From: Octopus sinensis
Lineage: Eukaryota
DNA: 64,000 nucleotides
Assembly (NCBI RefSeq): GCF_006345805.1
Contig: NC_043000.1
Location: forward strand, 58,528,001 to 58,592,000
Direction: 5' to 3'
The notes beneath the pieces were generated by a model. That model saw only the letters and a program-made list of their open reading frames with translations, ran no database searches and was not told where the DNA came from. Shown piece after piece: positions 38,928-52,721 of the stretch; position 1 is the first letter of the stretch; every line of letters starts with the position of its first letter. The position numbers and the translations under genes are program-made.

Positions 38928-39369
38928 CTGTAAAAATAAGGAATACAAGAATTAATTTGAAAATACTGAAAAATTTGTTACCTCATAAAAACAACAATTA
39001 CAATAAGTGCTTTCTACTAATATATAATCCTTCTACTAATATATATATATTTAAGTGTGTATGTGTGTGAAATAATTGTTTTGTTTTAGAATGTTGGCTC
39101 TTGAAGCTGATAATCTATAAATAATAGTGTGCAAATGAGTTTGAAAATCTTTGTGGGACACAAATGCACATCTGTAAACATAACAGATGTCCTACCATTT
39201 TCCACAGGCAGCCTTCGACATTTTCTGTCCAAAGGGTTTTTTTTTACCCAGTATTTATATGCTATTATTTATAGCTTATCTGCTTCAAGATCCAATGTTT
39301 TAAAGAAATTATTTCATGTTCTCTTGAATTTTATAAAAATTCTTATGATACTAGCAATATATACATACA

Positions 39370-39996
39370 GAGTACATGGCTCAGTGGTTATGGTATTTGG
39401 ATCATGACCACAAATTCAATTCTCAGAGGTGCACTGTGTCCTTGAGCAAGATGCTTTATTTCACAGTGGTCCAGTCCACTCAGCTGGCAAAAATGAATAA
39501 TACCTATATTTCAAAGGGATGATCTTGTCATATTCTGTGTCACACTGAAACTCCTTGGGAACTACATTAAAGGAATGTGTGCCTGTGAAGTGCTCAGTCA
39601 CTTGCACACTAATTTCATGAGCAACAGAGTGCCAAGTATGTATGTATGTATATGATTGAGTGTGTGTGTGTATATATATATGTGTGCATATGTGTGTATG
39701 TATATATATTCTTTTCACATACTACTACAGTACATCAATAAAGATATTTGTGGCAGCACGTGGCTTAGTGGTTAGGATGTTGAATTCATGATTGTAAAGT
39801 TGTGGTGTCGATTCCTGGACCGGGCGATGTGTTGTGTTCTTGAGCAAAACACTTCATTTAACATTGCTCTCGTCCACTCAGCTGGCAAAAATGAGTAATC
39901 CTGTGATGGACAGGCATCCCATCCAGGTGGGGAATTCCTACGCCACTGAAACCGGAAAACCGGCCCTTATGAGCCTGGCATGACTTGAGAAGGAAC
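39370..39996 (+). mobile_element. Two tRNA-derived SINEs (39370-39633 and 39755-39996) with different tails
   Basis: TGGCT(C/T)AGTGGTTA heads and TGTG(T)CCTTGAGCAA bodies. Confidence 0.75.
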
Positions 39997-40071
39997 ATTT
40001 ATTAATAAAGATATTTCACATAAACACTTACACAAATTCAGTACCTTTTATTCTCAAAAGTGATTACTTAC

Positions 40072-40243
40072 TTGTGGTGGCTCTGAGTTGTCTCATGACT
40101 GCATATCCCATAATCCTTGATGTTTTATCACTCATATAGCCACGCAACATAAGAGGTGGTGCACCGTTGTAGTATTTAGTGGCCCGGAGACCATCAACAA
40201 GGTCATTCTTGGCCCATTTCCAAAAAGCCTGAGTATTGGTAAT
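40072..40243 (-). CDS. PKD1-like exon (ITNTQAFWKWA..GYAVMRQLR)
   Basis: AG/GTAAGT boundaries, 172 nt, phase 0 to 1; conserved RQLR motif. Confidence 0.9.
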
Positions 40244-41236
40244 CTATGTATGAAATAGTTAGTTTAAATATTTAGTGATCAAGAAATTATGAGATTTGTA
40301 AAGTAAGAGATTCCAATAAGATACTGCTTCTTGTGCTCTAATTGCATTAGTAATAACACTGTGTAACAAAGTTTTTATTTCTATTTTTTTTTTTTTAGTC
40401 AGCCTGGGGCTACAACAGAAAACACATGGCATTTCACAGAGTGCTGGGGTGACAATTCTTCAGGTGGTTATCTGGAAATAGTTCAGGTAATCTGTCTTAT
40501 CATTGAGGCTTTAAAATAATTAAACTATCTGAAGAGACTAGCTGTAGATGTGCTTTGTCCAAATTTTATCTTCAGCCAGTGGCAGAAAATAATTAAATTT
40601 TCATGTATTTTTTCACTTACACTGAGTGAATTCTAATGGTTTTTAGGCTTTTCCATCTACATCACATACTTAATATGCTCCATATATGGGCATAGTTTCT
40701 AAATAGCTATAGCATTACCTCAGACAACTATCATTCAGGTATAACACAATGCAACAAAGTTAAAATTTTTTTGTCTTTAGTCAGTAAGAGTTATTTCCTA
40801 TTTGCTTCTGTCTAGACACCAAAGGAAATGACTACTATTCTTCAAAGGATTTCTGGGGTTATGTTACTTGACAGGGTGTGTATCTTGGAGATCAGGGCAT
40901 CTCTCCAGGTTGAGCCACTACTTCTTCATATTAAGAAGTCACAGCACCAGTAATATGAACATGTGATTACAATACTTTAGAAAAGAATCACAAGATGGAT
41001 TCTTCAAGCTGAGCCAACTGGTAGGATGTCTAGGGGTAGACCAATAATGAGATGGTTGGATAATAGCCATAGTGTCAGTTTGTTACACTTGGGAATCCAG
41101 TCAAGAAAGTCTGATGATGGTTGCTTCTAATAAGACCTTTCGGATGAGGTGCCAGAGGATTCTACCCCAACACCCTCCTTGGAATAGTGGGCAGAGAAGA
41201 TAGATGAATTGATGGATGGATATAATAATCAAAATG

Positions 41237-41392
41237 CAGGTACAGGCATGGCTGTGTGGTAAGAAGCTTGCTTCCCAACCACATAGTTCCAGGTTCAATC
41301 CCACTCAATGGTACCTTAGGTGTCTTGTACCATACCCAGGCAGACCAAAGCTTTGTGAGTGGATTTGGTAGACAGAAACTGAAAGAAGCCTG

Positions 41393-41462
<70 letters not shown>

Positions 41463-41764
41463 TACATATATATTAAGTATGTTATAGAAGGTATGGGCTA
41501 TTTATGGAGTGCTCATAGAGAGCCAATGCAAAATAATACAAAGTAGAGGAAAATGAAAACGCAAATCCTAAGTAGTCAACCAAATTCCTGAATGCATAAT
41601 TGAGGATATTCAATCAATGTAATATGATTCAATTACATTGATTGAATATCTTCATTTATGCATTTAGGAATTTGGTTGACTGCCTAGGATTTGTGTTTTC
41701 ATTTTCCATTTTGTATTATATATAGATATATATATATATATGTGTGTGTTATATATATATATAT

Positions 41765-41795
<31 letters not shown>

Positions 41796-41863
41796 ATCAA
41801 GCCAGTGCTCTAACATGGCTACAGCCAAATGACTGAAACAAGCAAAAGAGTAAAAGAATAAAA
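41237..41863 (+). mobile_element. SINE (11148 family) whose internal TA tract hosts a hairpin element
   Basis: Head 41237-41397; tail ..CATGGCTACAGCCAAATGACTGAAACAAGCAAAAGAGTAAAAG. Confidence 0.75.
41534..41719. repeat. Near-perfect palindrome, about 185 bp
   Basis: CAAATCCTAAGTAGTCAACCAAATTCCT is mirrored by AGGAATTTGGTTGACTGCCTAGGATTTG; centre about 41625. Confidence 0.9.
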
Positions 41864-41916
41864 GAATTTCCAATGAGAAGATTTTGAATTGTTGAATTAC
41901 CAAATATTTTACTTAC

Positions 41917-42161
41917 TTCACTAAAATCATTACCAGTATGGACAAGGATATTCTCCAAAGCATATTTAGTTCTATATGCCCAAGGACTTCTGTTACGGTA
42001 ACTAATTACCATAAGAATCCACAAGAAGAAAGCATAGAATATAATTTCCTTAATAACTTCCCACATCTTGATCTCTTTCAGACGTTGTTCTCGCATCTTT
42101 CCAAGGGCTTCTTGGTCTGGTGGTTTATAAGCAGTCTTCTTTGGTTTTGCAGCACCAAACC
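41917..42161 (-). CDS. PKD1-like exon (S1 helix of the channel domain)
   Basis: CAG/GTAAGT, 245 nt, phase 1 to 0; REQRLKEIKMWEVIKEIIFYAFFLWILMVISY. Confidence 0.9.
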
Positions 42162-45109
42162 CTGCAGCAGAAAAATCAGAAATGTTAACGCAATGTACCA
42201 AATTATGCTTATCTGTCTTCTTGATCATTCAATGGCTTTCACTATTTTTGCTTGACACTATGCCTTTTAATAATGTTTTTCTTAAATGATGTGTAATTTT
42301 CGCGATTATTAACTTGAAAATTAAGACAAATTTACTGAGTCTATATTTATTTTGATCTGTCATCTGTTCGTGAGATAAACTTCATTGCAAGTTTTTCTTT
42401 ATGTTTCTTGTTATCACTCTTTGTTTCACACAATAATTTGTCAGCAAATTATTTTATTAAAAGATTGCTAAACTGGGAATGCTATATCAAATTAATAGGC
42501 ATCTTATTCAGGGGCAGATTTGTGTCTCATCCACTTAAAACACACCCGAATTGATAACTAGTTTTGTAGATACCTAAAGCTTAATAAAATAATAAACAAA
42601 AAGGGTTAATGACAAATAAACAATATTTTTAGATACTTGTAAGCAATTTTTTCTTTTAGTCACCAAAATTTTTTAAACTATTTCCTACCCTTACAAGTGT
42701 GTACATGTGAGATATAATACATCCCCACCACATATGCACACACAATAGTTATATAAAACAGGAACATGTCTTTGGAAATATTACTTTTATTTCCATATTT
42801 TTGTAACTGTTGTACTTGTGCAAAATCACATTCCTAAACTTCTGTATGTATACAAATTTATATTTATTTTCTTCTTATCCACACAAACAGTCTTTCATAT
42901 CACAACAGCTCCAATTATAAGTTAAATTTATAAATGTATGATTTTTCACCTGGTTGTGGGGCTTTTGCATGGATGAACGAAGTTCATTTTCACTTGCAAC
43001 CTACCTCTAACATACTCTTATAACACATGTAAGCTCCTCTTAGCATAGTTACAAAATACCTCACAAAACATTTCTAAAGATTACACTATACAATAGTAGA
43101 ATTCCATACTTTGCATCAAACATGTCAAAGCACTCTTTCATCATGAAGATGGTAAGTTTTCAGAAGTGGACTCTACTTTTGTACTTGGGAATAGATTTGT
43201 TTCAGACCCCTTGTCCTTAAAACAACTGGAACCATGGTGGAAAAAGTCATTGTAGTACAGAGCAAATTTTGCTCACTAAAATTCAGGTGTCATTAGAATT
43301 TGAGGTTTATTTTGGTCTGTACTGTTGGATCTTAAAATTGTATGATAACACACACAGACTAAACAAGTCTAAGCATGCTGCCTGGAATGGCTGAATTATT
43401 AGAGCAGTCACCAAAATATATTGCAGCATTTGTTCTGGCTTTTTTATGTTCTGAGTTCAAATCTTGCCTAGGTCAATTTTCTCTTTCATCCTAGTCTCTT
43501 CAGATAGTTTACTTATATCAAAGCCTTAATGATAAGACAGATCACCTGAACTATCTCCAGATAATCACCTGAAGAATTGTCACCTCAGCCCTCTGTGAAA
43601 CACCATGTGTTTTCTGTTGTAGCCCCAGGCTGACTAAAGAAAAAAAAAACTCATTTATTTTGTGTATTCACTCTTTGTAGAATGATAGTGATGATTTTTA
43701 ACTCAATAAACTTATTTACGTTAAAAAAATGTGTCCTTATTTATTCCGTTAATGACTTCATATATACAAGTTTGTAAATATTTGCATATATCTACTGAAA
43801 ATCTGATATGTGCTGCATACAAATGGAGTGAAAGTTTGAAAGCAGCATGAAAAATTAGTCTAAAAAGGTTGGTTTGCATTCCTAATGAGTATAATACATT
43901 TAATTTTGTTGACCAGTGTAATTATTTCAAATTTTTGCCACAAGGGCAGCTTGAGGGAGATGGGGATGATCGATTACATTGACCCCAGTGTTCAACTGGT
44001 ACTTATTTTATCAAACCCAAAAGGATGAAAGGCAAAGTCAACTTCGACAGAATTTGAACTCAGAACGTAGCAACGGGTAAAATACCACTAAGCGTTTCAT
44101 CCAGCATGCTAACCACTCTGCCAGTTCACTGCCTTAATCCTCAAAATGATTATGAAATAAGATAAATCCATATAAAAACCAACTATATTCACCAACAAGA
44201 GATCCTCCACATGATTGACTGACTAGCTAGAAATAATAATCAAAAACTCCCAAATTACTAATCTTTATCTTTAATAAGAGAAAGGTCACCTAGATACACC
44301 CCCAACAAAAAGAAATCTTTAACCCTTGGTCTGCTAGTTCAGGGTGGACCTGGAGATATATATGTGTACAGTCAAAATTATCCCCATTATTTATGATTTG
44401 TAAATTAAAAAGAAAATAACAAATATTCAAGGCTTTAATTTACTTTACTTCATTCGCAGCAATTTTGGATTTTCACACCATATGGGCACAATAAGCCTCA
44501 CAATTGTTAAAGCTCCACTGGTTGTATTTTGTATACATAATGCATACACATTATGTCTCAGTGCTTCAAATCATTCTTCTGACATTTTTGTAATAGCTGT
44601 TTATCAAAATTTGTTTATGCCAAATAAAGCAGCTAATGTCTCGTGACATGTAAAATTTCTAACGTGGGCAGTAAGTTATAAAATACATTTATTTACATGT
44701 TGTAGCAAAACATTACCTCTATTCTACTCTCCAAATACATTTTGATAGGCATCTCCATTATATCCTACTGAAATTATTTTCTAGTCAGAAATTTCTATAA
44801 TTAATGCAAATAATACTTTAATAAGCAGCATTGCTAAATGTTATCAACTAACAAAAAGTGACAACTTATTTTTTCTTTCCTTTATTATAATTTTTTATTA
44901 TCTAGTGTTTTATTTACTAAAACATTAACATAGCAAACAAACAAAAAATGTATATTATTTATTATAGTTGATTAACCTTTTTTGAAATTTTATTCTAATA
45001 ACATTTTATGTTATGCTTTCCTCTAAAAGTGGTACATATTTTCTATTACTGTAAGCAGCTGGCTATAGTTGGTAAATATTCTGTTTACAGTGTGCAAATG
45101 AGGGAGCTG

Positions 45110-45415
45110 TGGAGGCACATGGCCTAGTGGTTAGAGCAGCGGACTCGCGGTCGAGGGATCATGGGTTCAAATCTCAGACTGGGCGATGGTGTGTATTTAT
45201 GAGCAAAACACCTAAGCTCCACACGGCTCCAGCAGAAGGTAATGGCGAACTTCTGCTGACTCTTTCACCACAACTTCCTCTCACTGTTTCCTCCTGCATC
45301 TTGCAGCTTATCTGTGACGGACCGGCGCCCCGTCCAGGTGGGGAACCTATATGCCAAAGAAACCGGGAAACCGGCCCGTATGAGTCAGGCATGGCTCGAG
45401 AAGGAACAAACAACA
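45110..45415 (+). mobile_element. tRNA-derived SINE (same head as 34853, different tail)
   Basis: TGGCCTAGTGGTTAGAGCAGCGGACTCGCGGTCG head; tail shared with 39755-39996. Confidence 0.8.
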
Positions 45416-46199
45416 AAAATGAGGGAACTGGGAGTTTCTGGATAGTGGTAATACATCTGATGACTGGTAACTGGTATGTTGCTCTTTAATTCACAGGATG
45501 GACAGACATCACTGGTTTACATCCATCTCCTAAATCTTTCGTGTGTGGGCCCGAGCACCATTACCCAGTATATTGCTTCAGCTCACTAACAAAATGGTTG
45601 TGTTTGCACATCAGCAATGGATGATTAACTTCCATGACAAAGTCACCAGTCATAGGAGAAAAAGTCTCCAAACAAAATGAAACAGCCGAATTGGAAAAAA
45701 TCAGCTGCAGATAGATCTGGAGTAGGATAGGCATCGCCAAGTATTTATATACCCAAGACCTGCTCTATGATGGCCAAATTGAGTTATAACTCCTTTATAG
45801 GAACACTTACAACACATTAAAAATGAACATCCAATCATTCTGTCACCAGCACTGATGTAATACATGAGTCACCAAAAAAGATCCATGGTGGACAGAATAT
45901 TACAAAAGCAGCATAGAATGTTAGTATGCTGAAAAATTAAAAAACAGAAAGAACTCACGCATTAGATGCAGAAGTACATCCGGTACTGTTTTGAGTTCAT
46001 TGAAACTAGATGGAAACACACTGAAGAAATGCAAACAGGTGTCACGTACTCTATTTCAGTGGAGAGGAAAACAGCCATGTAAAAGATGTGGGGTTCTTAA
46101 TCAACCAGTCCATCAATGTCAACTGATGTTATGTAGGCTCGCTGCCTGCAGGCAGTCCTTCAACAATACAGCAGCATATGTGTAAGCAACCCCCCTCAC

Positions 46200-46740
46200 A
46201 CACACACATAACAAACTATGATGGTAACCACATTGAAGAATTGTATAAAGAATTGCTCTAACCAAACTCAGGACAATATAGAGAGATAGAAACATCACCA
46301 TAAAGAGTATGGTTGGACACTTTGTGCACTGGTCCTCTCCATCTTGAATGTGAGACATGGGCTATCACCAAGATACAAAAGTGATACAGAGAAAGAAGAT
46401 ACAATCACTAGAAACAAGATGTTATTACAATATTTTAGGCATCTCCTACTTGAACCACCAAGCAGGTCCATGAAACCACGCAGCATTACATTGGTTAGCA
46501 TGAAAACTTATCATAACTAGGTGAAAAGGAAGCTGAAATGGTATGGCTGTGTAACAAGGCCTAGTAACCTTGCAAAGACAACTCTTCAAGGAGTTGTGGA
46601 GAGAGAAAAAAAAAGAGGCGGTCAAAGTAAAATAATCATAGGTAAATGATTTTCAGAAACCCAAGATCTGGCACATGGCTGTGACAGGTGGGGAAAACTT
46701 ATGCATGGCATTCCATGACAGTATCTTTTCTGCTTCATTA
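46200..46740 (+). mobile_element. Degenerate RTE LINE 3' fragment
   Basis: CETW remnant; KRKLKWYGCVTR..LAKTTLQGVVE. Confidence 0.65.
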
Positions 46741-46820
46741 GGAGTTGAGAAGTGAAGCAAACAAGCATACATTGACAGTTAGGAATGGCCACATCTCTAA
46801 AGTACTGAGCAGTCAGTTAA

Positions 46821-47040
46821 CCTTTTAGCATTCACATTATTCTGTCAAAAGTAATGCTTATTTATTTACATTGTTTTGAATTAGTCTTGCTTTATTTTGT
46901 AGCTTTGAGATTTTGATGAGGTAACTGTTAATTTTTGGAATGATATTGTAGGGTTGGTGTGAGAGGCTAGATCTGACTAGTTTGAACATAAAACAGGTCG
47001 AATATTCTGGCCAGATATGGCTGGTTTAAATGCTAAAGGG
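46821..47040. mobile_element. piggyBac-type MITE
   Basis: TTAA at both flanks; TIRs CCTTTTAGCATT and AATGCTAAAGGG. Confidence 0.8.
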
Positions 47041-47381
47041 TTAAAGGTGTGATTGTTCGATGTTCATGCCTTGCTATACTGCATCTAGGGACTCATACTT
47101 AAGACTCATCAAAGCAGTAAAATTTTATTTTATTTGTAAAAAGAAGTGTCTGTGAAACTATGGACTAATTTTCATATAGAAAGTGGGAATCACAGTGCAA
47201 GCATTCACATCGTGACTATTTAGAAATTTTCCTGAATACTGTACTAATTCTGTTTTCAGTTTTTTAAAATGTTTTCTGGTTTCTGCCGTTCAGATAATTT
47301 GTGCAGTATTGAAAAGATTTGGTATAAACACAGTAATATACTCTGGAAGTGTACACAGTAATATTAAAACAAGTTGTTTAC

Positions 47382-47502
47382 CATTTGCTGAATGCAAAAA
47401 TTCCTCATCTTCTCCCATTTCTAGTGTTTCATCTTCTCCTTCTTCCTCTTCTTCAGCAGGTTTTTTCAAGATTAATGACAACAGAATTGCCATGCCAAAG
47501 AC
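47382..47502 (-). CDS. PKD1-like exon
   Basis: CAG/GTAAAC, 121 nt, phase 0 to 1; VFGMAILLSLILKKPAEEEE. Confidence 0.85.
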
Positions 47503-48362
47503 CTGAGTGTATTATAATTTTAAAGATTATAATGTGAGAAAAGAATGTTTTTAACAAACATTGCCAAAGACAGATTTTAATAGAACTTAGAATTACATTT
47601 GCTTTATTCTGGATCACTTCTATCTTTTATTTCCCTGATAATTAATCTATACTCATCAGTTTGAGCCAATGAAGAGACCTCTTCACAGTTACTCAACATG
47701 CTATGTTTAATAACCAACTTATCTTCACATCATATCCTGCCACATTAACAAAAGGACACATGAGAAAATTTAGCAAGAGAAACATTATGCCTGCCTAAAC
47801 AGTACATGATTGGTACTTGACTGGACCAGTACAATAAGACTGATCAATTTTTATAATTTCATTAAATAAGTTTGTTTGTTTTGATTTATTTGAAAGTCTA
47901 TAGCAATTCAAAATTCTAAAATTTAATCAAGTTATTTGAATATCTGGTTTAGTTGCCATTGAAACTAGATTTTTGTTAATTTTTCTTTTCTTGAATAAAT
48001 AAACACTCTTTTTTTCTTGAATGGCCCTCAAAATCTAATAAGTATGAAGGATAGAACAGAAAATTTAATGCTTTTGGGGATACTGTTTAACATCAAGTCA
48101 GCCATAATCAAGTAGACATGTGATCAGAGACATTCAAGTATAAAAATTCCATCTATTTTTTTTTTAATTGACAGACAGGTTATGCTTGAATCTATTATCA
48201 AAGAATATATTATCTAATGTGTTATTCCTTACAAGGATATCTATAATTTGCAAGAAATTTGGCTACCTTTTCTAGCACGTCTAGCAACCACATAGAGCTC
48301 CTCCATTTGAGCCAAGTGATTTTTCTAAGCAGGCTACATAGTCTTTATTGTACTTTACTTAC

Positions 48363-48637
48363 TTTTATTGGTTCTGTAATGAATACTGAAGAGAAGAAAG
48401 ATATCAACATGGATGATATCCATTTGGTACATTTCTCATTTCCGAAAGTGATTCCATAAAATGTGACACCAGCGCAACTGCCAGCAACTGTGAGCCACAA
48501 AAGAATCCAAGAGATGATTCGACACCACCAAGGAAACATGAACTTCTTTTTATTTTTCTTGTCATCATTGCCACCTGCTTTTTTCCGAACTGCTGGAGTA
48601 TTTGGTCTTGACATAGATGTTCCTGGTCGGCTCAAAT
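48363..48637 (-). CDS. PKD1-like exon (TM4-TM5)
   Basis: TAG/GTAAGT, 275 nt, phase 1 to 0; FPWWC..FYGITFG..W..S..S.F.SVFITEPIK. Confidence 0.92.
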
Positions 48638-49375
48638 CTAAAGCAATTACAAAGAAGTGCATCAAACTGGAATAACCAATATCAATAACAACATAATTAT
48701 CAGTATTTGATCAGATTTCTTAGATTCAATTTAATTAATCTCAGTATATATTTCTTTTCTGCATCAAACTGTAAAGTTGAGTAAGTGCTATCAGCTATTT
48801 TTGTTCCTTCTTTGAGCTCACATCTCCTGATGAAGTTACAGTGGTGATAACATAGTCTGTTTCATTCACTAAATGGTAGCTACCTTCTGGCTTATAGACT
48901 TTTCTTTTGTGTTTCTGATTTCAAATTATTCCAATATTGATAAAATTAGTCCCAGTATCATTCAATAAAATTTCAAATCATTCCACTATCAATAAAATTT
49001 CAAATCATTCCACTATCAATAAAATTAGCACCAGTAATATATTGTAGTCAGTTGATTTGACCCTTCTCTTAGAAATACTGGCTTTGTGCATAGGGAGAAT
49101 TATTATAAAGCAATATTATTGGTTTAAAATTTTGGCACTGAGCCAGCAATTTCAGAGGAGGGAATAAGTCAATTATATCGACCCCAGTGCTCAACTGGTA
49201 CTTATTTTATCAACCCCAAAAGGATGAAAAGCAATGTTGACCTTGACAGAATTTGAATTCAAAATGTGAAGACAGACGAAATGCTGCTAAGCATTTTGCC
49301 TGGTGTGCTAATGATTCTCCTTGCTCACCACCCTATAAAGCAATATTATTAACAACAGAATATGACTACACTGAC

Positions 49376-49607
49376 CTTTATCTGAACCAATTAGATTTGC
49401 TTGACTTCTGGACATGTCATCCCAACCAGTCATTACAAGAGGTTGAACATCATTTACTGATGTTACTGTGGGTGTTTCATTACTTTCTTTTAAGGCTTGC
49501 TCTATTCGGGATGGTTTTTCCTTTCGGGGTTTTGATTTACGGAACAAAGTTACGATTATTAAGTTCACCGGAAGTACAATTAAGTTGCTCACGAATCCCA
49601 TAGATAT
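49376..49607 (-). CDS. PKD1-like exon (TM3)
   Basis: TAG/GTCAGT, 232 nt, phase 0 to 1; SNLIVLPVNLIIVTLFRKS. Confidence 0.9.
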
Positions 49608-50536
49608 CTAAAATAAAAATATTTTATAGTCCATTAACACTTATAAACTTTCTTGATTAAGTATTAATTTCAAAATGTTTGTTGGTAAAAACGAAACTTT
49701 GTTTCTGTTATAATCAAGGTTTTTTTTGATAAAATTGTAAAGCCATAATATGCTAATTTATTTATCCTCACATGTGGCTGTTCTATTGGGACAAGCTATA
49801 CTGTGGTCCAAGAGAGAAACTCTTACAATGGCTTTCAGTACAAAATGCACACTTGTTTATATCACTGGCAATATAAACAAGAGTATATTTTGCATCAAAA
49901 GCCAATATGGGAGCTTCTCTCATAGTAACTATCACAGTAAAGTTTATTCTGTCAGAACATGCACATTAAAGTGGGGACAAATATTACCTCTTAGTTTTAA
50001 TACTGCCTCTGTCACTAATATATACTTGCTAATTTATTTGTCAATATCAATAATGATTTTTTTTGTCTTTTCTGAGATTCCCTTCTCATGATTTTTAAAA
50101 TCATCTTGTAATGATTTTCATAAAAATAATAAATTTGAAAACCAGTAAAATTGAGAATAGGCCCATATGTCATTAGAGATAGCAACATTTTAGAAAACTG
50201 ATTCATGAAGATTGTCAGCATAGCTGTTTCTGAAATGCTTCTGTCAGTGTTTAAGAGTTATATTCCTATAGGGGAGTATTTGAAAGAGATTTTTTTCCCC
50301 TTCTTTTATAATTTTCAAAAATCTGAACTTAATATTGATTTATAGAAATGTTGGTTTGAAAATAGGTTTACAAGAAATGCTTATAATTGTAAATCTGTTT
50401 ATGCTTTCTAAAGTAGATAACTCTGATAATATATTGTTTTGTTTAAATATTTTAAAAGTACAAGAAATTTATAATAATAATAATAATAATAATAATGATA
50501 ATAATGATAATAATAATAATAATGATAATAATAATG

Positions 50537-51664
50537 AAGTACCAGGCAGTGGCTCTCATGGCTTCTGATCTTAACTGATTGGAAGTGTTAGAATGTACAT
50601 TGTTTTGTCTTGGTATAAAAGATGGGCTACAGCAAATATTCTGCTCAATACCACAGATTTGCTTGTCAGTTGTTTGACCTTAACCAGTTGAGCATGTCCC
50701 TTAGTGGCTGACGATATGTGCATCTCTGATCATGAGCAGAAGTAGTGGAGGAGCATCATAGCCATGTGTTGTGAGGGATTCTTTGGGGTTTGAATAATTC
50801 ACCTCTGGAAACATGGGTGGTTCGTTCAACATCCTTAAACAAACCTTATTCAGGGACCTTTTGAGCAGGATGGGTTACTCGACCAGAAGAAAATTCTAAC
50901 TGGGCCCCACCTGCAAGGTCATGTGCTGTTTATCTTGATATGAGATCACCATGTTGCGCACATATAGTTGTGATGCACGTGCCTGGCGTACCCTTATCAG
51001 ACGGGTAGTCATGATGGGTATACTGGGCTTCGTATATTTTACCCCAGTATCACTTTGATGACATGCACTGCTCTCTCACTCAATAATAATAATAATAATA
51101 ATAATAAATGCCCTGATGCAGTACCAGGCAGTGGCTCTCATGGCTTTTGATCTTAACTTATTGGAAGTCTTATCATGTACATGTTTTGTCTTCGTGTAAA
51201 AGATGGGCTACAGCAAATACTCTGCTCAATACCACAGATTTGCTTGTCAGTTGCTTGACCGTAACCAGTTGAACATGTCCCTTAGTGGCTAACAATATGT
51301 GCATCTCTGATCACAAGCAGAAGTAGTGGAGGAGCATCATAGCCATGTGTTGAGAGGAATTCTTTGTGTTTTGAATAATTCACTTCTGGAAACATGGGTG
51401 TTTCATTCATCATCCTTAAACAAACCTTATTCAGGGACCTTTTAAGGAGGTTGGACTACTTGGCCGGAAGAAAATTTTAACTGGGCTCCACTTGCAAGGT
51501 CATATGCTGTTTATCTTGATATGAAATCACCATGTCATGCACATATAGTTGTGATAAATGTGCCTGGTGTACCCTTATCAGAGGGGTAGTCAAGATGGGT
51601 ATACTGGGCTTCGTATACTTGTACCCCAGGGTCACTTTGATGTCATACACTGCTGTCTCACTCA
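50537..51664. repeat. Two head-to-tail diverged copies of an about 550-bp element, each bounded by (TAA)n
   Basis: AGTACCAGGCAGTGGCTCTCATGG...CTCACTC at 50537-51082 and 51108-51664. Confidence 0.9.
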
Positions 51665-51714
51665 ATATTAATAATGATAATAATAATAATATTATTAATA
51701 ACAATAACAATCCT

Positions 51715-52178
51715 CTTTGCTGGTGAAACAAGGCCTCAAATTTGTGGGGAGGGGTCTAGTTGATCATGTCAACTCCAGTGTTTCACTGATACTTAATTTA
51801 TCAGCCCCAAAAGGATGAAAGACAAAGTCAATCTTGGTGGAATTTGAACTCAGAACGTAGCAACAGGCAAAATACCACTAAGCATTTCATCCAAAGTGCT
51901 TACGAGTTTGCTAGCTCACCACCTTATCAATAATAATAATAATAATAATAATAATATATTATCCTTTTCTACTCTAGGCACAAGGCCTGAAATTTTGGGG
52001 GAGGGAGCCAGTCGATTAGATCAACCCCAGTACGCAACTGGTACTTAATTTATAGACCCCAAAATGATGAAAAGCAAAGTTGAACTCTGTGGAATTTGAA
52101 CTCAGAGCTAAGCAACAGGCGAAATACCACTAAGCATTTCATCCAGTATGCTTACAATTTTGCCAGCTCACCACCTTA
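51715..52178 (-). mobile_element. Two SINE copies (3843 family) in (TAA)n
   Basis: GGAATTTGAACTCAGA..GCTCACCACC occurs twice. Similar copies at 43925-44135 and 49125-49330. Confidence 0.8.
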
Positions 52179-52276
52179 TTATAATAATAATAATAATAAT
52201 AATAATGATAATAATAATAATAATATAATAATAATAATAATAATAATAATATAGTTCTATATTAAAGAGATGAGGA

Positions 52277-52417
52277 ATTATGTACATTATTTACATTCTA
52301 CAGATATTTGTCATCTTGTTTATTGTTAACACATTTTGGCTGATATACCCTCCAGCCTTCTTCAGGAGTCTTGGGGAAATTTCGAACCTGGGTTCTCATT
52401 CCTAAGATACTTTTCGA

Positions 52418-52463
<46 letters not shown>

Positions 52464-52705
52464 GTTGTTGTTCAGGTCACTGCTTGGCATCGAACTAACC
52501 CCAAGATTCCGAGTTCGATTCCAAGCAGTGACCTGAACAATAATAATAATAATAACATCGAAAAATGTCTTAGGAATGTGAACCCAGGTTTGAAATTTCC
52601 CCAAGACACCTGAAGAAAGCTAGAGAGTATATCAGCTGAAACATTGTGTTAACAACAAACAAGATGAGGACAACTATCTGTCAAATGTAAATAATGTAAA
52701 TAATA
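52277..52705. repeat. About 430-bp foldback element with tRNA-like and hammerhead-core-like motifs
   Basis: Arms are reverse complements around about 52495; CTGAAGA..GAAAC at 52610-52642. Confidence 0.85.
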
Positions 52706-52721
52706 ATAATAATATATTGAA

